A stretch of 58,931 nt of DNA, the filler included, from Sphacelaria rigidula (taxonomy: Eukaryota), in NCBI GenBank assembly GCA_964200075.2. It is 4 parts of 4 records of this genome, joined end to end, with 100 filler letters (N's around TTAATTAATTAA, not from the genome) between each part and the next. Parts side by side here need not be neighbours in the genome. Positions count along the whole stretch, not along the records: positions 1 to 14,658 come from CAXNAA020002116.1; 3 more parts are not named here. One strand, given 5' to 3'. The position numbers and the translations under genes are program-made. Shown here piece by piece: positions 1 to 13,400 of the stretch (the first letter of the stretch is position 1; each line of letters starts with the position of its first letter). The notes under the pieces are model-generated. The model saw only the letters and a program-made list of their open reading frames with translations, searched no databases and was not told the origin of the DNA.

Positions 1-2311
1 TGATGCGCCCACATATCCCGAAAGAGGTAGACTGGCGCCCAGAATAAATGGGACGACAACACACAACAACAGTAGCCCAAGGAGACCTTCTCTATGTGTG
101 TCGAAAACAAAGAAAAAATGTCCTGGTGGTCAGCTGTCAGAGCACAAGTTATATTTTTTCAACGAAGGGCATTGGCATTGTTAGACATGAAGCAGTACTC
201 GCCTCAGCACGTAAATATATAATACTTGAGATGTGAAGGCCTGTTTCTCCTTGAGCTTCTCGCGGTATCGCGAGGAAATCGTCGTTTCATTACAACAAAA
301 AACGAGGTTTAGCATCGGAATGGAAGCACTTTTATGACAGAGAGGCGAAGTAAAATAGCTAGATGCATGTAGTGGAGGAAATAATGCGGAGTTCGGATGA
401 AACAGAGCGATGTCGAACTTCTGTAAGAGAAATCGTTCGACTCGCGCCAGGTTTCGGCACTGGACGTACACCCTGGTCACGATGTGTCTAGATATCGAGC
501 ACACTCCGCGTGAGGTAGTCAACACGATAGACTATACTAATCAACTGACGGCGAATGATACACGACATCGTCAAGGCTTCAGCAATGCGCGTTTCAACAC
601 TCTACTAACCCATGCGGCAGCAACAACCTCTCGTACGACTACAACGGCTTCCATGGACATGAACATCCTAGGGAACCTAGACGAACCTAGACGAACCTAG
701 ACGGAGTGTAGGAAGATACACGGGAGTCACGGCTTCCTCGCGGATGTGACTCTGGCTTCGACCAAGTCACATATTGGGGAGGTCATATTGTGATTTGATT
801 ACTCCAGTATCAACAAAATCGGTCACGTTGCGGCAGTTCAAAATGTAGTCGAGCTGTCAGGGGTACACGTAAACGAAACACGAGACAATTTCAACGCTCC
901 CACCTTCTTTGTGCCGAGCCGTTGTTGGGAGCGCTGCGAACTCGAGCTATTGTCACTATCAGGTGTAACCTGTACCGATTGTAAGTTGTTGGTGCCCCTG
1001 ATTCGTTCAGCCGGTACAAGAAAACACGTGGTATCGCGAAACGAGTTTCTCACCGCTACTCTGTCAGTTGCAATGTGATGGCAGCTGCCTGCAAACCACG
1101 TTCAGTTCATCTGGAGAAACGCCGTCTTCACGGTCTCCAGAGCGTGAACGCCTTTCATATACATGTCCAACTTGCTTTATCGATATTGTTTGACGGAAGG
1201 CGTTCACGGGGTGGCGGTCCGTTCGTTGATGCATGAAATCCTTCGGACCGTGATAAATAATAGTGAATCGAAAACATGACTGGGTGACGGGCTTCCACGT
1301 GCGGAATCACGTGTTGTTGTTGCTGGATGGACGTGCTGGTGTGATATCTGCTGCGCTGAAACCTGTCAAGCCAGTCAACAGAGGACAGTGCGCGCGAATT
1401 ATTGTACCCCCTCCTCCCCCAGACATCCTCTGAATGCTTGATGAAAAGTACAGAGTACACGATGCCGCCGCACATCGAGCTGAGGCTCTCTATACGGCCG
1501 ATGCGTCGTGAAGGGTCCATATCTAGTCTGGCCTTCCCCCTCCGACATACGGCTGTTGTAGAATCATATCCCCGCTGGGTGGAAAAACACGGTCATACCG
1601 AAGGAGGACACGAGCGCTTGTCATGTATAGAGCTTGTAAGGAGACAAATTTCCTGACCCGAAGACGGGCGAGGACAAGTTTATCACACAGCATCCCAGCT
1701 AAGCTAGCACATACGCGCCTTTTTCTCCACATTTTTGGCAACGTAGACGGGGGCAGATTAATATATCCGGCAGATCGATTTCGTTGGGTTGTGCTTTTTG
1801 CGTCCACGCACTTGCACTATAAAATACTACTAAAATACTACTACTACGAAATAATAATAATAAATAATAACTACGAGTACTGAACAAATGTGCGGCGCAA
1901 TCGCTGCCGTTCACTACTGTACTGCACTGTTGTGCAACACACAGAATCGTGTCCAACATCATGATCATGCTGCTGCTACTGAGACGAACCTAGCTCCCAT
2001 CCCCGTAGCCCCCCTCTCCTATAATTGATGCATTACTACACACACCAAAATCTCAATACTAAATCGTACCGACCTTGTACATCGCACGGACGGCGAAGAT
2101 AAAGTTACTCGCGTACTGGCTCGAGAGAAAAGATATACGTGAACGGCCGTTTTCTCCAGCAATTCCCCCGTATCAAAGATGGATGATGACAAATCGATAA
2201 GTGATACGGTTGCGCTGTGCAAACAGACAGCGCAGTGCATCTTCAGTAGCAGTTGTAGGCTGCCGTACACTCCGCTCAATGTCCGGTATTCGACGAACCT
2301 GAAGGACGACG

Positions 2312-2479
2312 ATGGGGAATCGCGGGAAGGGCGCTAAAGGGAAGTCTTCCAAAAGAGGAAAGAAGGGAAAGAAAGGGGGCGGAGGCAATAAGGCCAGCAC
2401 TAAATGGGGCGATGAGCAAGCGGCACTAGCTGCGGCTGATGCTGCACCGCCGGCCAAGAAGAAGCGACGCTCGACTCAG
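2312..2479 (+). CDS. UTP25: UTP25 exon 1 (Lys/Gly-rich N-terminus)
   Basis: ATG at 2312, MGNRGKGAKGKSSKRGKKGKK...KKKRRSTQ, donor CAG|GTATAC. Phase 0 matches the acceptor before 6745. Confidence 0.75.
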
Positions 2480-5400
2480 GTATACAGTACAGTAGATGGA
2501 TTTGAGAGTTCCTCGGGTATAAATAATGTGGCTCGTTCGGCATGGTGTTCTCTGCTGGGTTTCCACTGATTGATGGAGAAATACCGCTGTCCTAGCGAAG
2601 ACGACAGAATGGTAAAACGGGTGGATCCTTGTGACGGATATCCACCACACACAACACGCATGTTGTCCGTTACACAGGGTACGGGCTATACCACCCCCTT
2701 CGTGGTAGTTTCTCGATTTCTGTTCTCGATCCCCTCTCTAGGAAAAAGGCTTCTCTCTACAAGAACATCCCCATGCCAGAGTATTTATCGACAAAGGCTT
2801 CCCAATGAATCAAGTTTTGGTGCGAAAAGCACCGTGGTCTTTGAGGAGATCGAGATTGGACAGCTGTCTGCTTCGGCTGTACGGCGAACTACAGTATGAC
2901 TCTCGTAGGCGGTCTGCACTGTTACAGTACGGAGTATACCACCCATCGATGACTTCGGCGATGGCGACTTTCTCGAGCGACGTGACTCTGAACGACCGAG
3001 TGGTGCTGGTTATTGAACGGCGTTCACGATGGTATCCCAGCGATACAACTTTCGGGGGTGTGGCCACTTGGCTTTCAGTACTCGATGTCCTCCGTACGGC
3101 CGACCGAAGCACTTCACCCTTCACCATCTCAGGTCCTGTCCGAGATGAACCCTTCTGGGCCCCGCGTGGTGTAAGTACCACATGACTGTAGTGTTCGCAA
3201 TGCATTTTTTTAGTTTCCGGTGGAATCAAATCAATCACATCAGCAGAGAGTGGAGCGATCAAGCGGCTAGTGACCAAAAATGGGTATATTGTTTTTCGCT
3301 TAAATATAGTCTATACAGCGAAAGTGTGCCGCGGGGAGACCATATCCCCATACTGTACAATAATTGAGTTATTCAACAGAAGCGAACAGGACACGCATGT
3401 ACTGCTTAGACGGCGTGGTTCCTTCGGGAGTCAAAAGTCATTAGTTTTGTTTCGAAAACACTACAAATCTCGGGACATACGGCCCACAGATAGGGGCAAG
3501 AAATATGTGTTGCAACATTTTTCGACCAATCAGAGCCTTTCAATGTACCAATATGTGGGGGACCTTTCACCGATCAGATGATGGAAGTGAATTGCGTATG
3601 AGTTGCAAAATAGCTTTGATTGGCCCGCATATTGCGCCGCTGCGAGACACACCGCTGCGGCCATCAATCGCTGAGGGTACAGTAGCTCCGTGTTGGCTCA
3701 GTTTGTTTGCCCCAACCTGCACGCACCCACCCCCCTTGCGTGTCTCCTCCGCTCACAGCACCTGACTACAACTGAAATACCAAATAAGTCTCAACGGACA
3801 GCTGCATAACCATTACGTGATCTTTTCAACTTTGCATGGACGGCACTTTGATCCCACCCCAATTCTGGACAGACCGAAACACGGCATGTAGTAGTACAGC
3901 TGTAAAGGCACTCTCCAGCGCACATCACACCGTGTTCGTCGTGAAGTGCTCGCACAACACCACGGCGACAACTACAGCATAGAAATGATGGGCGTAGGAA
4001 GTGCTTGTTTCGTTTGACGGAAGACGCGTGAAGTTTTCTATATTGTGTAGATGGCACTGCGTGCCGACTAACATTATTTTCTATGGAGACGAACACAGTG
4101 ACGATAAAGTAACCCAGGCAGTCCCAGCGGAGACGAAACCGCCTTGGCAAAGGTCCAAACACACAAAAGCGCAGTGACAGCTACAGCACATGAAAGAGGG
4201 CTTGAGTGTGTTTGTGGTGCAGCACAGTGAAACAGGACGTACCCCATGTGTTAGCTCTTCCCCTGATTTCAGACGGGTCCTCAATTTCTGCCGAATGCCG
4301 AGTTTTGAACGCTCGGCCATAATCGTACTTTGCGCGAAAATCTTTCGATTCGCTTTGGGTTACCCCTATCTGTGGGAGGTGAGCCAATTTTTGGGTGCTC
4401 GTTCGTCGTTCAATTTTAGAGTGAGACAAACTATGTTAAGCAGACGCCTAGGGACAGTTCGTACTTGAAAGTTTTTTTTGGAGACGATTACTATTTTTTT
4501 TCAGTATCGTTTTGGAAGAAGACGGCCAGGATTAGTCGCTGCCATATCAACCCTAAAAACAAAATCCCCAAATCGTTTCGCGAAACGGTTTTGTTTTTGC
4601 CCGACGAGGAATATAGATGTCCAATGACAGGGGCACATGCAAAGGCTTGATACACAACCCTACGAGCTGGCCCAGCCTAGAAGCGGATCTGTAGGTTGCA
4701 GGCCCACTCTTACCTCGATTTTTAGAGGTGGACTTTCGAATCTGGTATGAAGGATGAATAAGGCATAAGGTCGCTCCTGATGGCAAACAAAAATGTCCTG
4801 TGAAATGCTTTTTAGGGCCTTCTTCATCGTTTTACGCCCTCCAAGAGAGCTAGGCGGACGTTGATATCTTTGAATGACTTGCTCTACTCGTTGAAATGGT
4901 TCCGGGACGCCTTCGCGCTTTCCGGTGGTCGCAGTTTTATATTGGTCAAGCAAGCATTTTTGTCCCGCGATGGTCAAGTTCAGAGGAAAATGGCATATTT
5001 TCTAGATTCGACCGTTCTTGATCGTTCTTGGACAAAAAATGCAAGTTTGGCCAAAAGAAACTGCGGCCACCGGATAACGCAAATATGCCCTGGAACCGTG
5101 TCAACGAGTAGAGCAAGTCATTCCGAGGTGTCAAACTCCGCCTAGCTCTCTTTTCGGGTGTGAAACGACGAATAACCAAACAAGCATTTTGCAGTACTTT
5201 TTTTTATTCGCCACAAGAAGCGCCCTAATATGTATTGGAAAAAAAACGCCGGGACAGGAATATATTTTTTTGATGAATCGAAGGCAACACTCAACATCCA
5301 GTGCTCAGTATAACGTCCGTCTACTCATGAAAAAAACAGAATCGTCATGTCCCGGCGTATTTCTTTCGTTACGAGCTATTAATTCTCTATACCAAATTTG

Positions 5401-8400
5401 AAAGTCCAACTCCCAAAATTGAGGTGATAACGGGCGATTTAAAACTGGGGCCGGGCGAAATTCAGAACAGTATTTTGCAGGCCTCCCACCGGTCCAGTTT
5501 TGGTACTTGCGCTTTGAATTTGTTTAGGGGAAATCGCTAGGGCGTAATGAAGCAAAAATTGGGATGAATTGATTTAAAAAACAAACATGAGTTAAGGACG
5601 TTTTGGTGTAATAAAGACCATTTTCTCACGAGAACCCCTTAATTCACCCAGAAATAAAAATTGAAGGCCCACCGTTTTTTTTCTGTATGTCCTTGCGATT
5701 CTCCATGCCCAGTTTCAAAACACAATTCTGAACGTTGAACTGAGTAACGGAGACATGAGCCACAATACGCCCCTTTTCCCTTAAAAGACCCCTCAAGAAC
5801 GAAAGTAATGAGAAAAGCGGGAGAAGAAAAAAGAAGCTGAAGCTTTCTTTTATATGCCTTAGCGATTCTCGATACCAAATAACGGAGCACAACTCTCAAA
5901 AACGGGGACCCGAATTCCAGATTTAGTGCATTTAGTGCTTCTGCTCGTTATATACTGAGTTTAGTATACAAGATTATGCGCGCCATATCTCTAGACAAAC
6001 AACGAGTTAGGTGAAGATAGGACTTACAGGAGGATTGATATTTTTCTGTTCAAGACTCATGTTTTGGCCTCATTCCGGCACATACTGTTAATACTTGTAC
6101 GTATCAGTATCTACTTTCGGGATGCCGCTGCGTTGACATCCAACGAAGAACCCTCTCGTGCTTCGTCGCGCTCCGCTGCATAGAACATTTCTGTGTGACC
6201 TAGACGCCATGAATTCTAAGATTGTCCACTATATACTCCATGAAAGATCATCAACCAACCTTCGAACGAGTTACTTTTTGTGGCATCTCCGACTCCACTC
6301 GTAGAACAGTGAAAACAGTCGTCACCCACTGTAGTGTTCTGTTTTGTGTGCGGTTCGTGGTGCAGTCAGCACGATGCACCGACCGCTGCTCCAACGGCTC
6401 GCCACGACAAACGAATGAATATAAGGCGCTAGCTGTCATTGCCCCGACCCGTCTGACTGACATGTTCGTGCTCAGCGTATGCTGGCAGCCGGGTAGAGTA
6501 GCCGGCACGGTGAGCGCAAGAATTCTCAGCGTACACACACGTGGATTACGACGCAGTCACTGTTGTAGAAGTGTACATTACACTTTGGTACACAGGCATG
6601 ACACAGACAGTACAACCCAGCAAGCAGTAACGGTGACTCACACTGACGCCGTGTACAAAGAGTACGGCGTGCTAGCGACACACTCCTGCCACACACGGAT
6701 GCTGGACACCCCCCACACGCTGCCCTCCATCCCCATGCTTTCAGGAGACCCAAGACCGGGAGCGACGGATGAAGCTGATGGAGCTCGAGCGTGCCAAAGA
6801 GCGTAAAAAAAGGGAGAGGCTCAGCCAACCTAACCACGCGCTCTTACCCGACGCGGTCCCTGCCGCAGTACCCAAGCAGCCGAAAAAGAGAAAGCGCAGG
6901 CGCCCGCTGCGCCCGACCGTTGCCAACAGTAGAGACGGCCGTCGGCACTACTACAGTAGCAGTGACGATGATGCCGATGCAGGGCAGTCCGGAGGGAAAT
7001 CGAAGGGAAGTGACGCGGGGTTCGATCCTGAGCTTGCGACGTACAAGAAGTTGCTCTCCGCGCTGGAGACGGGGGGGGTGAGGGGTGGCTTGGGACAGAG
7101 TAGGCTTTCGTCTGCGGGTGGTGGAGTTGATACGGATCTTGACGCCGCCGTGCGGGCGCGGCGCATGCAGAGGCAAGGGTTGGACGGCGGGTATCTTAGT
7201 GAGGATTCTGGAGACGAGGAGGAGGAGGAGGAGGAAGAAGGTGGTGATGACGGTGACGAAGATGTGTTGGCATCCAAAGGTATTACGGAGGTACACGTTC
7301 ACGACGGTGATGATAGTATGACCTCTAACGGTAGTAGCAGTATCGTTGCTAATGGGGCGGGGCATGGTCGGGACGAAGGTCAAGAGGAGGCTGAGAACGA
7401 GGAAGGCGCTGGCGCATCAGAGGAAGCCGAGAGCAGAGCAGCAGCAGAGAGTGGTGATCTAGGAGCAGACAACGAGGATGACTACGGAGACCCCAAGAAC
7501 AGGGCCAGCGGGAGACGGAGCACGGACGAGTTCAACCGCCACTTCGTGTCAACCCCTGTCTTTCCGCCTGAAGAAGCAGTAGCCATGCTTTCCACCTCCT
7601 CCGGGCGTCCGTCGTTCAAGCCGGTGGGGAAAACAGACGGGCAGCGGAAGTGGACAGCTGCCGGACTCTCGATTTTGGCGTCCAAGAAAACTGCGGGCGA
7701 GGTAGCAGCGGGGCCTGCGGCGGCGTCGACCCCGTCGTCCGGCACTGTGAGCGTATCACGAGATCTGGGGGTTTTGCCGTCGTTAGTGGGAGGGTGGGAG
7801 GCATGCGATGACGCTTCACCATCTGGCAAGAAGCTGCAGTCTTTGTTGCTACCGCCTATGGTGGGGTATCGGGACATGCTGTATTGCGGATGGCGTGATG
7901 AAGACGCTGCGAACATCCGTCGGGCCTACGCGCTGCACGCGCTCAATCACGCGCTGACCTCCCAGCGCCGCGTGCTGCGGCACAACGTGAAGCTGCGCAA
8001 AGCCGCGGAGGAGGTGAGGATGGCCGAGACATTGGCCCGTGATAACGAAAACAAGGGGAAGCATAGTAATGGCACTGCCGCCGGTGTCGTTACTAATGGC
8101 ACCGCGACCCCACCCTCCGCCGCACCTGCGGAAGGAACAAAGCAAAATGGAAAGGGTGCGGCTGCGTATACCCAAGGCTCAAAAAAGGTCGACATCGAAA
8201 AAGTTGTCGAGAAAGCGCCCACGGTGCCTGCGGCTGCCGGTAACAAGATAGCGATAGATGCAGACGAATCGGAGGAAGATTGGCAGCGGGATCAGGGGTT
8301 CACACGTCCGAAGGTCCTCATCCTGCTCCCTTTCCGCGCACTGGCGTACGAGCTGGTGGAGACGATGGTGGGATTGCTAGGCCCCAAGACGGTGGTGATC

Positions 8401-10429
8401 AACCGAGATCGCTTCGATGAGGAATATGGGCCAGATGATTCTGAGGATGACGACCTCGGGTTGGGCGGGCAGGGGCCAAAGGGGGACGAGCAAAGGGTGG
8501 AGCGTGCGAGGGCTGTGATCGAGCGTAAGCCGGGGGACTTCAAGGCCCTTATGGGGGAAGGTCGCAACGTGGACGACATGTTCACGATCGGGTTGTCGAT
8601 TTCCCCCGGGGGAGGGAAGGGGAAGCCGGGGGAAGGGAAGGGTGTGGCTGTCCGCTTATATTGCGATTTTTACAACAGCGATATTATCCTGGCGTCGCCT
8701 GTGGCGATGCACCGCGCGGCTGTGCCTACCGCCGAAGGTGAGGGCTTCTGGGGCCACGCAGTTCGTTGTATAATGGAGTCTGTTACAATGTTCACTCTGC
8801 GATCACAGACGCTGTACCATACCTGATCACGTCATTTTCTCGACGGTGTGTGTTTTCTTCACGTTCAAAAACACGTGATAGACTGGGGTCGCTTCATTAA
8901 AAAAATCTCAGGAAACTCGCCGAAATCCCCCGACAGCGGGATTTTTCCAAATCCTCTGGGAGAAGCCATCGATTCCCAGAGACTTTCCTCTGTCTGGGAA
9001 TTGACGTTCCATCACACACTCCCCGCACACCGCACCCGCAATGGTACAGTCAGTGCAAAAGTAGCTGTTCATGTTGCATGTACAGTACCGTGGCAATAGC
9101 ATAGCTGCTGCAGCACTCTGTGCATCCTCTTTATGACCGTAGGACCAGGGACAGACAGTACAGACAGTACAGTGCTTTTTGGCCGCCAGCGTTACTACTA
9201 CAAAATAACACGATGTCGCCCCTGCTCGTGTTGACTGCTCGTATCGTTTCATGCTCGTCGTACCCGCCACCGATTGCGCACTCTGTAGTATTCTGTGCAC
9301 TGAGATGGTTGCTACCGCACTACTAACTGTCACGTGAGTTTGTTGTGTGTGGTATGGCACAGACCGTCTTCTGCACAACATGCACCGCTTGCGACACTGC
9401 CACTGTACCGAGCGGCGGTCGGCTGAAGTAAGGGTTGATACGCCTGTCATTTCGATCCCTATTATACCAGTAGCTACTGTGTGTGTGCGTGTGTGTGTTG
9501 CCATCCCGTCTATCCTTTACCTCGACAGAATTGTTCACGTGTTAGTTGACGAGTACCGCAGGTGGCATAAGCACAAAATTCAAGTGATGACCACTACCAT
9601 CGTCTGCACGCAGGCTAGATGATGGCCTCGGCTGTCCAAATCCGCAGGATTTTTTCGTAGACTAAAAGGTGGGGTTTTGGAAACTGATTTCTCTGGAAAA
9701 AGTATTTGAGAAAAGTCGTTTTTGACGACTTTTCACAGAGACTTTTTTCAGTCTATAAGAAGCGGCCTGAGTGGTGAACCTACCAGGTGATCCGACCTCC
9801 ACTAGTGTGTGTGCGACAACCAATCAAATCTCCCAAGCAATTCCTCGAACATACACTCCTTGACCAGACGATTTGGACTGCGACTTTTTATTTTCAGAAA
9901 TTTCTAACACGTAGGTTTGCTTTCTTGTGTACGTATGTCATGCGACCACGGCTGGACCCCTGAGGGGTCAGTTCAAGTGTGACAATCAATCAATCAATCA
10001 ATCAAGTAGCGCCAGTCAGTTACGCGTCTGATGCTTGCATGTGAAACCAGGAGTCATGAAAGTCATCTCCAGTACGTGCTGCGATTTGGTTGTCTCATTT
10101 TTTTTCCCGAGATTTTCACATGGCTCACCCAGTATCGCCGACGGTCCCACACCCACACCTGTATCTTCAATCCTATTCAGGAGACGGAGCGGGGGGTAAC
10201 GACGATGACGTGGACGCGGACTTTTTGTCGAGCATTGAGGTGTGCATCATGGACAGAGCGGACGTGTTCCTCATGCAGAACTGGGCGTACGTGCCTGAGA
10301 TTGCGGAGGTATTGAACGCCAGGCCGAAGGGAGAGAGGGCTGCGCGTGTTGATTTCTCTCGCGTGAGGCATTCTTTTTTGCACGATCAGGGACGGTTGTT
10401 CCGGCAGACGCTCATCTTCAGCGCGATCC

Positions 10430-10480
<51 letters not shown>

Positions 10481-13400
10481 CGTGCGCGTGCGTGCGCGCG
10501 TGTGTGTGTGTGCGTGTGTGTGTGTTTGTGCTCTTGAATGAGTTTTTTTTTGTCTGTCCACGTTCGCCGTGCACCACAGTCGAAGAAAGGCTTCCTGCGC
10601 ACTCCATCGCTCGCGTAAAACGCATGCTACCGCAACGCAAAATAGCAGTCGCACATACCTAACATCACGGGCATGATTCAGGAACTTCGCCCACAGACAT
10701 GTCTCAACATCTATGTGCATCAGATCTGAAATGCGATGTAAACCGGTATATCATGCCTGGTGGTGATACTGCCACCCCCGGTTTTGCGGTGCTTATTGTC
10801 TTCCTGTGCTGCGCGGCTATCCCTGTTATTGTCCGTGGCGGTAATAACCCTGGCGACGGAGCCAGGTCGTCTTGCTATCGGTCTGCAAAGCTCATGAGTA
10901 TTCGCGTCTCCGCCGGGACGCGCGGATCATCGTCCATTCAAAGTGCTCACCCTTCCCTTGTTTACGCTGTTGTCTCCCATGATGAACCTGTTTTGAATGA
11001 TGTTGCTGATTTTCCCGTGTGCACTGTGGGTCAGTTTTGTTATACGTTGGGCACGTGTGTCTTGTGACGAGGGCTGTATTTGCAGAGGATCAGTCAAAGG
11101 CATAACCGTCGTAGGCACGCCTGAATATTCGTCGGAGTTAGCCTTCTGATGAAAGGCATGTTTATTTAGGTAAATCGCGTCTAAGCGCATCTTGGAAATG
11201 TGTTGAGCGTGCTACACAGCGCCGCTGCAGGGCGCGACGAAGAACTCTCGGGGAGTCATGAGGACTAGAGACCGTCGGTTGGTGATACTGCGGTAGTGCT
11301 GAAGCAAGGAAGCGCACGTAGTAAACGCATCGAGCTCGCTATTTTTCTTTTCTATTTTTTATTCCCGCTCTTTGCGCCAATGTGAGACATGAAGGAGTTT
11401 TTGTTTTTAGTCTCCATCCCGATTTTTTTCACCAAGATGGCCGTACTGAACCGTCGAAACCTTGCCGTGTGCTGCCCGAAGCGCACCACAACTCCCCGCA
11501 CATGCCTTTCTCACGGCATACGACACACCGAGCACAAAGCATTTCCAATCTCAACAACGTCCACAGCGGGCGCCTTCTACACGCTCTTACTGCTGGTGCT
11601 CTTGTTCCGTCAATGTATGGATGTACTTGATACCATGGCGGCAGCAGCCGCAGCTGGTTGTGCTGCAGCACCTACTACGGCTGCGGTGACCGCAGCTACA
11701 GCTGTTACATGTACAACAGCATCTACCACTTCGGTTGCTTCCCTCTTTACTGGTCCATGTACTTCACCGGGTAACATACATGTACGATGTCGGTGCACCC
11801 TGGTGACCGAATGGTACAGCTGACACTATTAGGTTGGAAGAGCGTAGGTTTGGTTCCCGCCAGATCCGTATAATTTGGATTATTTTCTGCGAAGTATCTG
11901 ATATCCGCGGTCGAAAGCGTGAATACGTGAGTAACAAGAAAAGCTCTACTGGGTTTGTTCGTCGAGAGTGGACGCGGTGCGGAAGTGCTAATCCATCCTT
12001 CGATATCAAAGTTCAAGGCGTGTACCGGGGGAGAAGCGGGTTGATCCCTCGAGACCACAGACTCGTCCCGGCAAGAGGGAGGCGCCTGAAGTGTGAGAGA
12101 AGAATAATTGAAAAACACGTCCCATCGTTTTACACCGTAACGTTTTCCCGCCGCATCCAGGACGAACAGCGGCAGAAAGTAACAAAAAAAGTACGTTCTC
12201 TGCAACCGTAACCAACGGCCGAGCTGGAGTGCGATCTGCTGTAATCGGACACCCAGTCACTTTCATTTATATCACACTGTCCTGGGACACCGAATACGGC
12301 CCAGTGGCGCTACCCGTTAGTGGCGGTTGGTACAAAAATCTGGATCCAAGATTTTGTCCGATTGCGCTGAACATTGATGGGTGTGTAGCTGACATCAAGG
12401 CCAGAATAACGATACCTGCTTTGGTTTTTAACTCGTCGCCGATCGAAACTCACGGCCAAATCAAATACTGAGGTAACCACCTACAGAAATGCGAATTTCT
12501 TAGACGCCCGTAGCCATTTCTTTGACGCCCTCAGTCGTTTCTTGGACGTACTTCGTGATTGCTTAGACGCCCTTCGTCAGTTTTTAGACGCCCCTACGAG
12601 TAGTCATTTCTTGAGCACACTCATCACCAAACCGGCACGTGCACATATCGAGAAGCGTCTGAGACCAAACATTCCGGCCTGAAGCAAGCCAACCCCCACC
12701 TTTTCGACCATTATTAGGTCCCCCTTTTCGACGCGCTGAGCGCGTCCAAAATAATGATGCCAACAACGAGCCCATTACCCGACACACTCCTATTCATGGT
12801 GATTCTGTCTGCCTTGCGTTGTGGCGCTCGCTCATGTCGGCAATACTTTCTCTGCCTTGCTCGGTGTCTGATTTGGACCCTCTGTTCCTCTGTTTCGTTC
12901 GAGCAGGATCCCAACCTGAACGCCTTCGTCTCAAGACACTGTCGTAACTATGATGGTATCGTGAAGATTTGTCGGCCCAGCGGAGATGGGCACATTTGCC
13001 AAGTGGCTGTTCAGGCGAAGCAGGTGATTCTATGGACGTTTTGTCATCAACATTACATCATAGTACAGTGCTGCAGTGCCTTGGATTGTGCAGATACGAA
13101 TAGTGACTTGTGGGACGCACAGTAGTGAGAGCTGTTTTGGTCTACCAGCTGAAGTCCGAGCGCGTGGAAGACGGAGCGTTCGTTCATGAAACATATAAAA
13201 GCCGTTGATGTTCCAAGTTTGAACAAACGTGAAAAACTGTTATGTGTGGTATACATATATTTGTTTTTGCTTGTTCGGCATACTATGGCCCATTTCCCTC
13301 CAAACGCGGCACTTGTGTGTTGTACATGCGAAACTGAAGTTGGACACCCCGTTGACCCGGGAGTATCACACAGCGCCGGCAAGTGGGTCTGGTCCATTTT

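Noticed and set aside
2805..3277. 126-155-aa ORFs in UTP25 intron 1
   Set aside because: No recognisable domain and no splice-compatible role. Exon 1 joins exon 2 in phase without them.
6791..8585. Overlapping and antisense ORFs within UTP25 exon 2
   Set aside because: Shadow ORFs of GC-rich coding sequence with no recognisable motifs.
8886..9767. Possible element with GG(T/C)CGCTTC...AAAAAA.TCTC inverted ends
   Set aside because: The match is short and gapped with no clear TSD, so it is not supportable.
10177..10720. His/Thr-repeat ORFs on the minus strand
   Set aside because: Translation of the (GT)n microsatellite.
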